Counted from the stretch's first letter, positions 1 through 9,237 are shown. The stretch: 64,000 bases of DNA from a virus (IMGVR_UViG_3300032259_000003:1-64000), one strand, 5' to 3'. Notes: generated by a model not told the origin, from the letters alone. A program made the numbers and translations.

Positions 1-101
1 TACTTGGCGGCCCAAAATATAAAGAATGGTGTATGGATCCCCTACGTCATGCCGATTACGTGCAATTCTCGAATAGATGGTTATGGAAAGAGGCTGAATA
101 A
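1..101 (+). CDS. 3' end of early hypothetical protein (partial; same as 36230-36565)
   Basis: Identical to the end of the 36230-36565 ORF; TAATG stop/start overlap. Confidence 0.75.
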   Translation, partial: LGGPKYKEWCMDPLRHADYVQFSNRWLWKEAE

Positions 102-358
102 TGAAGCACATCAACAATATTTACAACATCACCGTTTACGACCCAACCAATTTGATGCTACAACACGGCATCGAATTTTTGGATAACGAGACCGATGAGT
201 TGATAGAAGTACGTAATTGGTCTTATATCAGTGAGTGGCTCGATCTAAGCGAGTCGTTCACGCCTAAAAATGAACACTGCGTAATTTATAATGTAGGCGA
301 GATATTTGACGGTCGCGCGGTATACGGTCGGGACTATGCCATTGTGAGGTTATCATGA
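101..358 (+). CDS. Hypothetical early protein
   Basis: 85-aa ORF; homologue at 37526-37783; overlaps with neighbours. Confidence 0.8.
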   Translation: MKHINNIYNITVYDPTNLMLQHGIEFLDNETDELIEVRNWSYISEWLDLSESFTPKNEHCVIYNVGEIFDGRAVYGRDYAIVRLS

Positions 359-561
359 GCGAATTAGAACGCTTAGAGTTAAAGATTACGCCTGAGATAA
401 AGGATACGTTAGGCTGGTTAAAAAAAGAGCTTGACTGTCGCTCGAATAGCGAAGTGGTTAGGCTGGCCATTGTCAAACTGGCGTTGGATAGCGGTATCAA
501 ATTAGAAGACGACACGCCGGCTTGGGGTAGTGGGTTGAATAGAGAGGATAAGTCATCATGA
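355..561 (+). CDS. Ribbon-helix-helix (CopG/Arc-like) DNA-binding protein
   Basis: RLELKITPEIKDTL...SNSEVVRLAI strand-helix-helix pattern; homologue at 37780. Confidence 0.6.
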   Translation: MSELERLELKITPEIKDTLGWLKKELDCRSNSEVVRLAIVKLALDSGIKLEDDTPAWGSGLNREDKSS

Positions 562-770
562 TAATTAACATCAAAACTGTAGCTCAAGAAGCCATCCAAC
601 AGTGTGATGACTTTCCAGGGTTGCCGATGTTGATGGCTATCAATGATACCCGTCACCGGCTAACCGTTGCTAACAAATATACTCAGGAAGATGTGTTAAT
701 TCAGGTAGCACTAATGCGTGGCTCACGTCGGGGCAATTCAAACCGTATTTTTAGAATAGGGGAGTGGTAA
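558..770 (+). CDS. Hypothetical protein
   Basis: ATGA overlap, GAGGATAAG RBS; homologue at 37983. Confidence 0.75.
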   Translation: MIINIKTVAQEAIQQCDDFPGLPMLMAINDTRHRLTVANKYTQEDVLIQVALMRGSRRGNSNRIFRIGEW

Positions 771-771
771 A

Positions 772-951
772 ATGAAGATCAAGTTAAACGAAGAACAAGA
801 GAATAAGTTTTTGATAGGTGTCGTTGAGGCGCGGGCCGCGTTGGTGGCAATATTGAATATCACGGCTGATGAAGAATATCGCGCGGACCTGCGGCTGGTG
901 ATTGCCAGCATTACCGACTTGCAAGACAAATATTCACCGCTGCCATTCTGA
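772..951 (+). CDS. Small protein (59 aa, MKIKLNEEQENKFLIG...), tandem copy 1; not in ORF track
   Basis: GGGGAG RBS; paralogues at 979-1155 and 38475-38651. Confidence 0.75.
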   Translation: MKIKLNEEQENKFLIGVVEARAALVAILNITADEEYRADLRLVIASITDLQDKYSPLPF

Positions 952-978
952 TGCACAACAAAAAGGAGAGTAACTAGC

Positions 979-1155
979 ATGATCAAGTTAAACGAAGAAC
1001 AAGAAAACAAGTTTTTGCTGCGTGTCGTTGAGGCGCGGCTGGCGTTGGTGGCGATATTGAATATCACGGATGACGAAGAATATCGCGCGGACCTGCGGCA
1101 GGTGCTCGCCAGCATCCGCGACCTGCAAGACAAATATTTACCGTTGTCATTCTGA
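979..1155 (+). CDS. Small protein (58 aa, MIKLNEEQENKFLLR...), tandem copy 2; not in ORF track
   Basis: AAGGAG RBS; frame conserved in three copies. Confidence 0.8.
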   Translation: MIKLNEEQENKFLLRVVEARLALVAILNITDDEEYRADLRQVLASIRDLQDKYLPLSF

Positions 1156-1247
1156 TGCACATCTTATTCTGTTGTGGCCTGTGGTTGGTGGCCTCGTTTG
1201 CCGGGTCGCTATTGATAGCAAAGTTTATCAAGGTTGGCAAGGGATAA
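1155..1247 (+). CDS. 30-aa single-pass membrane peptide MHILFCCGLWLVASFAGSLLIAKFIKVGKG; not in ORF track
   Basis: TGATG coupling; copy at 38651-38743 differs by two synonymous changes and A->V. Confidence 0.65.
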   Translation: MHILFCCGLWLVASFAGSLLIAKFIKVGKG

Positions 1248-1251
1248 ACGC

Positions 1252-1288
1252 AAAACGCGCGACTAGCTGGGTAGTAGTCGCGCGTTTT
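1252..1288. terminator. Bidirectional intrinsic terminator
   Basis: 14-bp perfect stem AAAACGCGCGACTA/TAGTCGCGCGTTTT between convergent operons. Confidence 0.8.
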
Positions 1289-1357
1289 ATAGGATAAGGC
1301 GGGTAATGAATCCGCATTATCAGTCTAGCAGATAATAACCTGATATGCAAACGCAAA

Positions 1358-1389
1358 AAGCGGCGACTACGTTTAAATAGTCGCCGCTT
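1358..1389 (-). terminator. Intrinsic terminator for minus-strand late operon
   Basis: 12-bp stem AAGCGGCGACTA/TAGTCGCCGCTT followed by a T-run on minus; compensatory change in copy 2. Confidence 0.8.
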
Positions 1390-1434
1390 CCGATGTGTAG
1401 CCTAGTCAAAACAACTAGAATTATAGTATAGCGT

Positions 1435-3006
1435 TTATTCGTTATCTTGCAAGTCAACCACGATAACCTTGCCGATGGCTTGCTCCAATGTTGAATTCCA
1501 ATTCCGAATTAATAGCGCGTAGCCCTCAAGTAGCGCGGCGTGTGCTTCGGCTTCGGCTTGTGTTGCGAATCCCTGTTCGGGCAAGGGTAACGTGATAAAA
1601 TACTTGGTGTCGGGTTCCGGTTCGGGTTCCTCTGGCACATAGTCCGTTAGGGTGACATAGTCGCCATGAATCCAACCCAATAAGTTAAATAGTCCATCTT
1701 CAACCGTTACACTTGTATCGGTATCGAATCGGGCCGGTAACCACGGGCCGTTTTGCTCTTCTCTCAATACGTAACCGTAACGCTGGTTAATTGCCAATAT
1801 CGGCGGGTTGGTCGGGTCAGTGTTGGGTAACGCGCGGACATTCACCTTATAATTACCGGCGGGCGTGAATAGGGCTGGTTGCCAGCGTGGGTCAGATAAT
1901 TCTATCATTGGCTCCTCGTTTTCCGGTTCGTTATTCTCTCGTAGCAATTCAGACCATATCACCATATAGTTGTGTAGTTCGGTATCGGCTCCAAAATTAA
2001 ATGCGTCGATGGTATCCCAATTATCACCAAATGACCACATGAACGGCAAAAACCCTTCGACCCATTCATTATAGTTTTTCTCGGCCCATATCCATTGCTC
2101 CCAAATGGCCTGCGAGATAGTCCATTCTGGCCAATAGTATGCCCAAAGGTATTCATGAGAATAAGCGCCGCGCATAGTCCAATAGGGTAAGGGTACGCCA
2201 TGCTGGTTCTCAAGAATATCATACATATTCGTACCGTCGTTGGCCTTCACATCTGGGAACCGATCAAACCCAAATTCTGTGAATACAAATTTTACAGGGT
2301 CTAGCCCTAATCCAAATATGGCGCGGTGCTGTAACCAAGTCCAGCGGAATTGATGATAATAGTAAGGGATAAATTCCACGCGATAGTCGGGTAATATCCG
2401 CGCTTCGTCTTCGTTATCGAGGTATAACCATGTGTCAGGGTGTACCCGTTCCTTATAGCGCAGGTCATCAGCTAACCACCGCGCTTGTCCAAGTGGCAAT
2501 AAAAGCGCGGCATACTCATGATAGCCTAGTTTTAACACATCGCTACGGGTCGATAAAACACGCAATAGATAATCATACGCGCCAGCTTGTAGATGGTTCC
2601 TATCAATGCTACCGGCTGCAAAATTCCCAATTACGCCTTTATACCCATTATCGGCTAGATGGATCGACACATCAGCCAACCAATTATTCCGGGCGCGACA
2701 CTCGGCCTCACTCCCAACGTTTGGCTCGTTGAGGACATATTTCCATATATGCCGTCTACCATCCATCAAACCATTGGCATAATTAATCGGGTCTTCGTTA
2801 CGCCATTGGTTTCCCTCTTTTGTGGAATAGGCGCGGTCAATAACGTTAGTTTGGCCTTGCGTCTGGCTATAGATGGCTTCTGCTATGTCTACATTTGACA
2901 TAACGAGCATCCAGGCCGGCCGGGTTTTGTCAATGTAATCTAAAAAATATTGGACATTGCCCAGCCGTTGGCCATTGGCATTAAACCCCCAGCGGAAGGT
3001 ATTCAT
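1435..3006 (-). CDS. Putative lysin: clan GH-A-like TIM-barrel glycoside hydrolase with C-terminal SH3-like domain
   Basis: LNEPN and FTEFG catalytic-type motifs, GYHEY; VNVR...GWIHGDYV SH3b-like segment; next to holin-like gene at end of late operon. Confidence 0.55.
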   Translation of the reverse strand: MNTFRWGFNANGQRLGNVQYFLDYIDKTRPAWMLVMSNVDIAEAIYSQTQGQTNVIDRAYSTKEGNQWRNEDPINYANGLMDGRRHIWKYVLNEPNVGSEAECRARNNWLADVSIHLADNGYKGVIGNFAAGSIDRNHLQAGAYDYLLRVLSTRSDVLKLGYHEYAALLLPLGQARWLADDLRYKERVHPDTWLYLDNEDEARILPDYRVEFIPYYYHQFRWTWLQHRAIFGLGLDPVKFVFTEFGFDRFPDVKANDGTNMYDILENQHGVPLPYWTMRGAYSHEYLWAYYWPEWTISQAIWEQWIWAEKNYNEWVEGFLPFMWSFGDNWDTIDAFNFGADTELHNYMVIWSELLRENNEPENEEPMIELSDPRWQPALFTPAGNYKVNVRALPNTDPTNPPILAINQRYGYVLREEQNGPWLPARFDTDTSVTVEDGLFNLLGWIHGDYVTLTDYVPEEPEPEPDTKYFITLPLPEQGFATQAEAEAHAALLEGYALLIRNWNSTLEQAIGKVIVVDLQDNE

Positions 3007-3248
3007 TAGCCTACCGTTTCGGTGGGTTCATCTTCTCCGCGTGACGGTCTCAAATTATTGAGCATACGCGCGAATCCAATTAGTATATCGTCTATTGTGG
3101 TCTTCGTCTTCGATGCTAACCGTTGCGCAATATCAAGCAAGCGGTTGACTTCTTGTTTTGTCACGTGGCGCTCGACTTTTAGACCTGCAATCATCACAAT
3201 GAGAATGATAATCATTTGTGTGACCTGGTTAAATGTTTGTGAATCCAT
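3006..3248 (-). CDS. Holin-like small membrane protein
   Basis: N-terminal hydrophobic helix; upstream of lysin; identical protein at 40502. Confidence 0.5.
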   Translation of the reverse strand: MDSQTFNQVTQMIIILIVMIAGLKVERHVTKQEVNRLLDIAQRLASKTKTTIDDILIGFARMLNNLRPSRGEDEPTETVG

Positions 3249-3263
3249 GTTATGCCTCTTTCG

Positions 3264-3974
3264 TTAGGTACTAATGAGTTGTAGAAATATCATTGCATAA
3301 ATTTCGGTGCTGCCGTCGCTTGTGGCATTGCCTAGTCCAGTTGTCGCTTGCGCGCCGGCGGTATAATGGCGTAGTTCGTATGCGTCGGTTCCGTTGGCTG
3401 TAAAGTAGGTTTCCATCAACGCGCGGGTTTGAACATTATTTCCTGATGCGTTATAAGTACTTGCACCATAGTCTACATAGGCGGTCCCTGTGACGTTGTA
3501 TATTGCTAATCGGTGGCCGTTAACTTTAAAGGCAGGGGCCGAAGCTCGCAGGTAGTAATTGCCGGCTATCGGTGTAAATTGGTTAGTTGATATTGTAACC
3601 AACGATTTTAGATCGCTTGCCTCTGTATTTAAGTCTCTGACGTTCCAGGTTGTGGCCGAAGATGACCCGCCATCAGTGCCGCTGGTTTTTTCATCCCGGA
3701 TAATTGCAAAATGAGCAACCCCCGGAGCCCACAATAAACCGGTCGTTTCACCGCTGGCAACGGTTAATACTTGCCCGTTGGTTGTCCCAACCGGTAGCCG
3801 GGCGGCGGCGGTTGAATAGGTGCTTATGTCGCCTTTGGTTGTGGTCGGGTTGGCCGCTGCTATATTGGTGGCGTTGGTTGTAATTGCACTATCGAGTTCT
3901 GATAAGGGGCTGTTCAAAGTCGTATTATTGAGTGTTGCACCGCTAGAGTGTGCGGTATGATGATTGGTCGTCAT
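3264..3974 (-). CDS. Tail fibre / minor tail protein (module A)
   Basis: Last tail gene; Thr-rich N-terminus, KGDI..RLPVG motif and DEKTSGTDGG..RDLNTE domain typical of phage fibres. Confidence 0.6.
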   Translation of the reverse strand: MTTNHHTAHSSGATLNNTTLNSPLSELDSAITTNATNIAAANPTTTKGDISTYSTAAARLPVGTTNGQVLTVASGETTGLLWAPGVAHFAIIRDEKTSGTDGGSSSATTWNVRDLNTEASDLKSLVTISTNQFTPIAGNYYLRASAPAFKVNGHRLAIYNVTGTAYVDYGASTYNASGNNVQTRALMETYFTANGTDAYELRHYTAGAQATTGLGNATSDGSTEIYAMIFLQLIST

Positions 3975-5693
3975 TTATGTAACCCTTCCGGTTATTATCG
4001 TGCCGCGAATTAAAAATTGTAACACAATTTGCCCACCTTGCCCTAATGGATTGGTAACGGTGACGGTATGCTGTCCTCTTCCATCATTACCATTATCTAC
4101 AACAATATCGGTTATATCTATCTCATACGCAACCATTTGCGTAGATGATGAGGCAGGGTAGCTACTTAATACGGTTGTGCCATCAACAACAAAGGTCATT
4201 GTGTCGGGGTACGTTCCCGCTATCACGCTCTCTTGTGTTGGACCGACCACAATTGGAAACGGGCCGTTATAGGTAAAATAGCGGGCTTCGTATGAGTCAA
4301 TTATCATTGTCACATTCTCAACGCTTAACACGTCGTCGGATATTTGAAAATGGAATACCGGGTTATTACCTGCTGCTGACTCAATCCATTCAGGATAGGG
4401 GCCCAATGACCATATATTGTATGTCGGTTTATACGAGACGCTATTAACCTCAATTGCATCTAACCCGCCTACAATAATTTTGCCGGCGTTGTTGGTTTCG
4501 CGGTCAATATTTGACGCTTTGATTCGCACCTCACTACCGGTCATTCCAACCGCTTCGTTAATTGAGGTAATATAAAAATTGCCGTCAATGTTTTTGAGGG
4601 TATACGGTACGCCTTCAATATTAACCGTCTCTACATATTGGACTTCAATTAGATCGCCGATATACAATGGTGTTTGTAAATTCCTAAGCGAGATATGCAA
4701 CGTTTGCAACGGGTCCTTATGCCTTAATAACCACTCGGCCGCTGCATCATATAATATATTCGCACTATTCCGCAATGATATTGTAGATGTTCCGATAGGT
4801 GCGATTTGCTTAAAATTTAACCGGCGCTCAATTTGTCCGTAGGTAGTAATTGACGCGCTATCACTCAAATAGTATAACGTTCTGGAATCGGGGCCAAGCA
4901 TGGTTTGAATTGTGTAGGGGCTGGTTCGAGTTGCTTTTTCGAGTGTAACCGCTGCGTCTCCGTCGCCTGCGCCCACTGGCAATATCCAGTTAACCAGGTC
5001 GCGCGAATCGTCTACAACTTCAATGTTATCCGCAATCACCACGTCCGTATTGAATCGGATCTCCGGCTTATCGCCTTTGGCAAAGGCCACACGAACCGCG
5101 CTTTGTACGTCGTTGGTTCCAATGATTAATTCCTTTTTGACAGTATCCGATTCTCGCATCCGATTGCCGCCAAAGTCATTTATAAATTGGATCGCTTGTA
5201 GCACCGATTGACCATCAAAGCGGGTATCTATTTGACCGCCTAGATTGGTTATCCCATTGTCGTTTAAGGTCCAACCGGCCAATGTGAGGAGCGACGTTAC
5301 CACTATTTTTTGAGATGTGCCGGTATATTCACGCGCTAATAAGGTGCTGATATTACTCAATAGATCAAGCGTTTGCGGCCCGTTGACGCTTAACGATAAG
5401 CCCCCGACTTGATGCGAATAACTAACGTCATCAGCAATAAACGATTGGACTTTGCGCTTGCTACTGCCGGGTGTCTGTACCCAAATCTCAACGACAACCT
5501 TCGAGCTTAACAGATCCATCGCGCGAATTGTAAAGTCAGGGTGTAGCGGGATTGTTTCAATACCGCCGGTTCCCACTCCGTTTAATTCCTGAGTCGCGCT
5601 TGCAGACACTAAACGGATGGGACCTACGCCTATTTTGCTTGTATAACTTGCGTCCCAAATTTCGGCCCATAAATGATAGGTGTCAAACGACAT
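3975..5693 (-). CDS. Tail tip hub / minor tail protein
   Basis: 572 aa, follows distal-tail gene; LVNWILPVGAG motif typical of siphovirus hub proteins. Confidence 0.65.
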   Translation of the reverse strand: MSFDTYHLWAEIWDASYTSKIGVGPIRLVSASATQELNGVGTGGIETIPLHPDFTIRAMDLLSSKVVVEIWVQTPGSSKRKVQSFIADDVSYSHQVGGLSLSVNGPQTLDLLSNISTLLAREYTGTSQKIVVTSLLTLAGWTLNDNGITNLGGQIDTRFDGQSVLQAIQFINDFGGNRMRESDTVKKELIIGTNDVQSAVRVAFAKGDKPEIRFNTDVVIADNIEVVDDSRDLVNWILPVGAGDGDAAVTLEKATRTSPYTIQTMLGPDSRTLYYLSDSASITTYGQIERRLNFKQIAPIGTSTISLRNSANILYDAAAEWLLRHKDPLQTLHISLRNLQTPLYIGDLIEVQYVETVNIEGVPYTLKNIDGNFYITSINEAVGMTGSEVRIKASNIDRETNNAGKIIVGGLDAIEVNSVSYKPTYNIWSLGPYPEWIESAAGNNPVFHFQISDDVLSVENVTMIIDSYEARYFTYNGPFPIVVGPTQESVIAGTYPDTMTFVVDGTTVLSSYPASSSTQMVAYEIDITDIVVDNGNDGRGQHTVTVTNPLGQGGQIVLQFLIRGTIITGRVT

Positions 5694-6544
5694 TATATAT
5701 ACGCCTCATCAAAGTGAATAGTTAAATTCGCATCAGCGCTAAACGTGCCGCTAATGGTCAAGGTTTGCGCGCCGGGTGCAATCTCTAACCATGCGCCATG
5801 TGTCACGGTTAAATTAGAGAACGTAGGGCTGACGCTCATTTTGCGGCAATCAATAATAACCACGTCACCGGCGGTCAACGTGTCGCTATACAGGATCGAG
5901 TATACCGTTTCTCCGCCTTCATTATTCCATGTGATAGTCGGATTGGTAACGGTCACACCGGCCGGTATATCCCAGCGGATATAGGGCGACACTGGCGCTA
6001 TACCGTAATTCGTAACCGTTACCGTGTCGGTGTCTGCTACTGGTGATTGGTCTAACTTGATAGGTGGCATGACCAAGCCGCCATCCATGACATGTCCGTC
6101 ATTCATAAATAGTTGGCTTTCGGCATAATACCATTTGCTATCAGGGCATTGGAAGTTAAGCTGTATGACTTGCCGTAGGTGTGGTGTTTGTTGGACGTTC
6201 TGCGCACTCCGAACATTGGATACATGCGCCCAGGTCCATACCACGCGGCCGTTCCGGTGCTGCATAAATAATTTACGCATGCCTTGATAGGCCAACGCGC
6301 GAATCATATCTATTTGTGTTCCTACGTCAAAGGAATCGTTACCCTCGATGATATACGAGACGGACAAATTACCCATTTCCGCAGGGGCGCGCCCGGTTCC
6401 GTACGGGTTTATTGCACCATCCTTACCGATAACACGAACTGATTGCTGTAGGGTATCGGCAAAGTTGTAATCAATGCTAACCTGTTTGTTTTGTTGGAAT
6501 AGGTAGGCTGTGGTTCCCAGTCCAAAGCGGATTAACATATCCAT
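5693..6544 (-). CDS. Distal tail (Dit-like) protein
   Basis: Directly after TMP; FQCPDSKWY and VTNYG..VSPYIRW patterns. Confidence 0.65.
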   Translation of the reverse strand: MDMLIRFGLGTTAYLFQQNKQVSIDYNFADTLQQSVRVIGKDGAINPYGTGRAPAEMGNLSVSYIIEGNDSFDVGTQIDMIRALAYQGMRKLFMQHRNGRVVWTWAHVSNVRSAQNVQQTPHLRQVIQLNFQCPDSKWYYAESQLFMNDGHVMDGGLVMPPIKLDQSPVADTDTVTVTNYGIAPVSPYIRWDIPAGVTVTNPTITWNNEGGETVYSILYSDTLTAGDVVIIDCRKMSVSPTFSNLTVTHGAWLEIAPGAQTLTISGTFSADANLTIHFDEAYI

Positions 6545-8271
6545 TAACGAACACCCCCTCGTATAAGTTCACGCTGTATATCCTGCCCAATTTGTCGACC
6601 GTTGGTGGCGTTGGTCTGTACGGTAACGTTAACCGCCCCTTGGTTTGAGGATTGGTTAAGCAAGGTTACGCCGGCCGCCCCGCCAGCATTAGCAAGCGCT
6701 AGGGCTGATTGGAAAGCGCCGCCCGCGCCGATATGTGAGGCTTTGAATTGATTGGCATAACTTTTATTGTGCGAATCTTGAACGGTTCGCATCTCATTAG
6801 ATATTGCACCGCCGGCCGCATTTAATACATCTTGAGGAGTCCACGACCCGTTTTGTAGTCCCTGGATAATTGTTTGTACATTCCGTAACGCGGGCGCGAC
6901 TACGTTATCAATTAAATCAGCAAAACCAAACCAATTATTTTTATAAGCCGCAACCATTCCACCGCCTAACACAATAGCCAAGCCTAGCGGACTCAATGCG
7001 GTTGCAATCAACGCGCCTATTCCTGATTTGACAACGCTAACCGCCATTCCAAGTCCAGTTAAAGCCCCCGTTCCGCCAACAAAGGCCGCGGCAAGGGTGA
7101 GAACAGTATTGGTTAATTCCGGGTTTTTACTTGCAAATATCCCCACCTGGTTAATTACTTCTGTAAAATCTTTGACAATAGGCTTTAAAACATCTTCCAT
7201 AAATGGCGTAAATGCCAAAATATTCATATTTTGGATTGACCCCCCAAGCGCATCCATCGCAAACGCAAAGGTGTCGAGTTTGCTGTCGGCTATTTCGACG
7301 GCGGACCGTTGGGAGTCCATTGCGTTCCGCATTTGTTCAATGCCGCCTTGAGCGCGAAGGGCCGATATTGCCGTAATACCATAAGATCCGGCCAGGTCTT
7401 TCATAATGGCGTTTTGCTCTTCTGGCGTTTTGGTGTCTAATGCAACAAACATTTCCTTCAATACCGTGTTAAAATCGCGGTAGCCTCCCTCCGCGGTGTA
7501 CATTGAGGTCCCCAAAGTGGACCACGCTTTTTCGGATCTTTCGGTTCTGTCTGTCATAGCTAAAAGCATCGACTTGAGCGCCGTTCCTGCTTCGGTTCCT
7601 TTTATATTGTTTTCTGCAAATATGGCCATTGTTGCCGCGGTATCTTTTAACCCAATATTATAATTGGCTGCGATGTTCCCGCCGCCGGCCATTGCATCCA
7701 ACATCATGCTAACCGTTGCGCTTGATGAGCTTGATGCCCTAGATAAAGTATCGACTACATCAGCGGTATCGCCAAGTTCCAACCTCATAGCGGCCATTAC
7801 ATCGGTTACACCATCAGCGGACCGCTTGAGGTCAATGCCCCCAACCGTCGCCAATAGCATCACCTGGTCAATACGTTCCATTGCCTGAGTCAGGTTATCA
7901 CCACTGGCCATTAATTCGAGCATACCATTTGCAGCATCTTGAGCGCTAAAAAATGTATCCTGCCCTAGTTGCAGCGCTTTATTCCGTACCGCGTCCATGT
8001 CTTCGCCTACCACACCGGTACGCGCGGAAATCTCATTCATTGCAGATTCAAAGGCACTCGCATCTGCAATACCTTTACCCAACGCCAACCCGATTGGGAT
8101 CGCCGCCATTTGTGCTTGCCGCCCAAAGTCGGACCACTTGCTTTTAACGTCGTCCATTGAATTTCCAAAGGTTCGCATTTTGGAATCGGCGGTGTTTAGC
8201 TTGTTATTGAATTGTGAGTCATCTATGCCTAATGTCGCGTGTAGGCTGGCAACTTCAACGCCTAAACCCAT
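6544..8271 (-). CDS. Tape measure protein (TP901-family core)
   Basis: FESAMNEISA...GIKGTEAGTALKSML; Ala/Gly-rich helical protein after chaperone. Confidence 0.9.
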   Translation of the reverse strand: MGLGVEVASLHATLGIDDSQFNNKLNTADSKMRTFGNSMDDVKSKWSDFGRQAQMAAIPIGLALGKGIADASAFESAMNEISARTGVVGEDMDAVRNKALQLGQDTFFSAQDAANGMLELMASGDNLTQAMERIDQVMLLATVGGIDLKRSADGVTDVMAAMRLELGDTADVVDTLSRASSSSSATVSMMLDAMAGGGNIAANYNIGLKDTAATMAIFAENNIKGTEAGTALKSMLLAMTDRTERSEKAWSTLGTSMYTAEGGYRDFNTVLKEMFVALDTKTPEEQNAIMKDLAGSYGITAISALRAQGGIEQMRNAMDSQRSAVEIADSKLDTFAFAMDALGGSIQNMNILAFTPFMEDVLKPIVKDFTEVINQVGIFASKNPELTNTVLTLAAAFVGGTGALTGLGMAVSVVKSGIGALIATALSPLGLAIVLGGGMVAAYKNNWFGFADLIDNVVAPALRNVQTIIQGLQNGSWTPQDVLNAAGGAISNEMRTVQDSHNKSYANQFKASHIGAGGAFQSALALANAGGAAGVTLLNQSSNQGAVNVTVQTNATNGRQIGQDIQRELIRGGVR

Positions 8272-8279
8272 AATTAATC

Positions 8280-8470
8280 CTAACTATTTTGTACATGATT
8301 GACCGCTAATATCATAGCGGCCTCATGGCGTGATAGATTCTCAATCTCTTCTCGTGACCGCAAAATTATCATCAATTGCGCCCACTCAATATCTCGAAGT
8401 TCGTCCGGTTCAAATTGGATAAACCCAGGCGCGTCAATGCTAATCTGTAGCGCGTCAATTATTTTTTTTT
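8280..8470 (-). other. -1 frameshift extension (GT-type) of tail assembly chaperone
   Basis: A9 run at 8462-8470 just before the TAA stop; -1 frame open for 60 codons to TAG at 8280. Confidence 0.75.
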
Positions 8471-8818
8471 GTAGGTATCTCTTGCAAATGCCAGGTCTTG
8501 AGCCAATAGGTTCATGGACGCGAACCGCATTGCATCAATCACTTTTTCGGGGTTATCATAATTGATGCTTTCTGGGTCAACGCCTTCAATCACATAGTCC
8601 TCTGGTAGGTATGTGACAACACGAACCATCAACTGCAAACTTTCTTCCTCGACCGCTGATAATTCTTCTATCAATGCGTCAATATCATCAGTGGGTTTGC
8701 TGGCTTGAATACGTTTGTCAAGATGAGCCATGCGAATACGCAAGGCTGACATTTTAGCCTCATCACGATAACCCATCTTTCTAAAATTAAATTCAGGCGC
8801 TCCGTTTTTGTTTGTCAT
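8459..8818 (-). CDS. Tail assembly chaperone (gpG-like)
   Basis: Between tail tube and TMP; ends at slippery site. Confidence 0.75.
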   Translation of the reverse strand: MTNKNGAPEFNFRKMGYRDEAKMSALRIRMAHLDKRIQASKPTDDIDALIEELSAVEEESLQLMVRVVTYLPEDYVIEGVDPESINYDNPEKVIDAMRFASMNLLAQDLAFARDTYKKK

Positions 8819-9237
8819 TAAATCGTGCCACCTGCAAACATGTCAGTCGTAGGCGCGCCGGTTCCGATTGCGGATACTTCAAACATAACCGCGGGCTTGT
8901 CAACGGCTACCGGTGTTTGCTTTACGCTGGTGATGAGAATATTTTGTACATGTTGCGGTTTGCCGCCGGTGTTGCCTTCGGGCTGCCATATCATAGCTAC
9001 CGTTTCTCCGGCTTGAATCTTCTGGATATAGGTAGAGACGGATGTTACATCATAGGCAATCTTGATAGATACGCCTAATTCCTTCAACTTAGGACCAAAT
9101 GATTTATCCGTTGCACTATATCCGGCGGTTGTTTCCTCTTCGCTAATGGTACGGGTAAGGTCACATTCTGTCATGAATCCGCTTACATCCGTTCCGCCTA
9201 AACTCAATACTGCGTCGTTTGCTTGTAGTGTTGCCAT
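8818..9237 (-). CDS. Major tail tube protein
   Basis: Position, size and beta-rich sequence (GTDVSG...EETTAG...WQPEG). Confidence 0.75.
   Translation of the reverse strand: MATLQANDAVLSLGGTDVSGFMTECDLTRTISEEETTAGYSATDKSFGPKLKELGVSIKIAYDVTSVSTYIQKIQAGETVAMIWQPEGNTGGKPQHVQNILITSVKQTPVAVDKPAVMFEVSAIGTGAPTTDMFAGGTI

Larger units (their letters stand above)
1..3262 (+). repeat. Long direct repeat S1, copy 1 (partner 36465-40758)
   Basis: 1-105 identical to 36465-36569; 101-3262 aligns with 37526-40758 with scattered substitutions and one gene swap; homology stops at ...ATGCCTCTTTC. Confidence 0.95.

Noticed and set aside
4-186. 60-aa ORF at window start
   Set aside because: Wrong frame; 1-101 is the tail of the gene seen in full at 36230-36565.
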